64,000 nt of DNA, taken from positions 7,502,001 to 7,566,000 of the forward strand of contig CDPCPM010000074.1 of assembly GCA_976551045.1 (NCBI GenBank), given 5' to 3'. The notes beneath the pieces were generated by a model. It was not told where the DNA came from and did no database searches. It was given only the letters and a program-made list of their open reading frames with translations. A program made the translations under genes and the position numbers. Every line of letters begins with the position of its first letter. Within the stretch, counting starts at the first letter, position 1. This DNA comes from Glaucostegus cemiculus. Taxonomy: Eukaryota. This document shows positions 63,143 to 64,000 of the stretch, one piece after another.

Positions 63143-63395
63143 TTAGAACAGTACAGCACTGAACAGGCCCTTCGGCTCTCAATGTTATGCTGAAGTAGTT
63201 AATCCATCCTACCTACAGAATGCTCCATATCCCTCTATTTTCTTCTCATTCATGTGCCCATCCAAGTCCCTCTTAAAACCCGCCAATGAATTTGCCTCCA
63301 CCACCCTATCAGGCAACTCATTCCAGGTATCCACCACTGAGTAAGAAAATCTTACCCCCACGTCTGTTCTGAACATACCCCTTATCACCTTAACA
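63143..63395 (-). mobile_element. CR1 LINE 3' end, close relative of 12620-12874
   Basis: ccaatgaatttgcctccaccaccctatcaggcaac...atccaccactgagtaa...cacgtctgttctga is the near-exact reverse complement of 12660-12750. Confidence 0.85.
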
Positions 63396-64000
63396 GAACA
63401 TAGAACTTCATTTGATTTTGACTTTAATTTTTTAAAATCTACTTTGGTTTAGTGTATGCTCATGCTGTGACTTCAATAATAAGCTAAAAGCTTGTCAGTA
63501 GGAATGCCAAGTACATTTTCAATAAAAATTATTTGTGCCATGTTAGTCAATTATGTGATATTGTACAATTTATCTAATTGTATATTAATACATTTTCCCT
63601 AATGTACTAAACATTATACTGTTATTTAGTTTACTACAAGAAATGGTTCCTGTCAAAAATGCATATTTGTCTGCATTAGCTTGTATCAAAGTGTAATATT
63701 GCCAGAGTAGTTAAGGAGTGCTTTTTTAAAAAAAACTTCCTAAATAAGAAACTAAGGCCTGAGTTAGGTCCAGAGTTGGAAACCTTTTTACTAAGTTGTA
63801 ACCTAACTGAGAATTTCAGATGACTTTAGCTTTGTTCTTGATTTTTTTTTTAGTTAATTCTTCATTACTGTGGATTTACTATGGCAGAGATATCATTAGT
63901 ATTCACGTTGGTTGAATTGAGTATTATTTAAACATTCAGGGACATGCCAGGTTCTCTGAATTCTGAAAACATAATCTGAATTGTAGTTCAAAATGTTGAG

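Noticed and set aside
1-64000. CRISPR arrays, operons, prokaryotic defence systems or an intact endogenous viral gene
   Set aside because: The window is a spliced vertebrate locus. I saw no regularly spaced repeat-spacer array and no long ORF other than FOXO1.

Overview
Eukaryotic (vertebrate) genomic DNA, AT-rich and CpG-depleted except for a CpG island at about 0.7-2.2 kb and a second CpG-rich patch at about 3.3-4.3 kb. The repeat complement (HE1/V-SINEs, SacSINE1-like DeuSINEs, CR1 tails, Neptune-type Penelope elements) points to a cartilaginous fish, which is an inference. The window holds the whole coding sequence of one gene, FOXO1, on the + strand: coding exon 1 at 1553-2104, a 58,260-bp phase-0 intron, and coding exon 2 at 60365-61702, giving 629 aa. 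A 3'-UTR intron donor lies 12 nt after the stop. Almost all other listed ORFs are spurious or decayed retroelement fragments. The most interesting non-coding signals are: (i) Penelope-derived minimal hammerhead-ribozyme motifs, including a short fold-back element with overlapping hammerhead cores on both strands at about 53.85-53.92 kb; (ii) a sense-oriented solo LTR with ACTGT...ACAGT ends, a CATG duplication, TATA box, nuclear-receptor repeats and a splice donor; (iii) a candidate recursive-splice site with a stop-containing RS-exon at 24.68 kb; (iv) a 1.9-kb inverted Penelope pair; and (v) a G-quadruplex/hairpin arrangement just before the start codon. I found no new protein-coding system. 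Repeat boundaries are approximate and family names come from motif recognition by eye, not from a database search.
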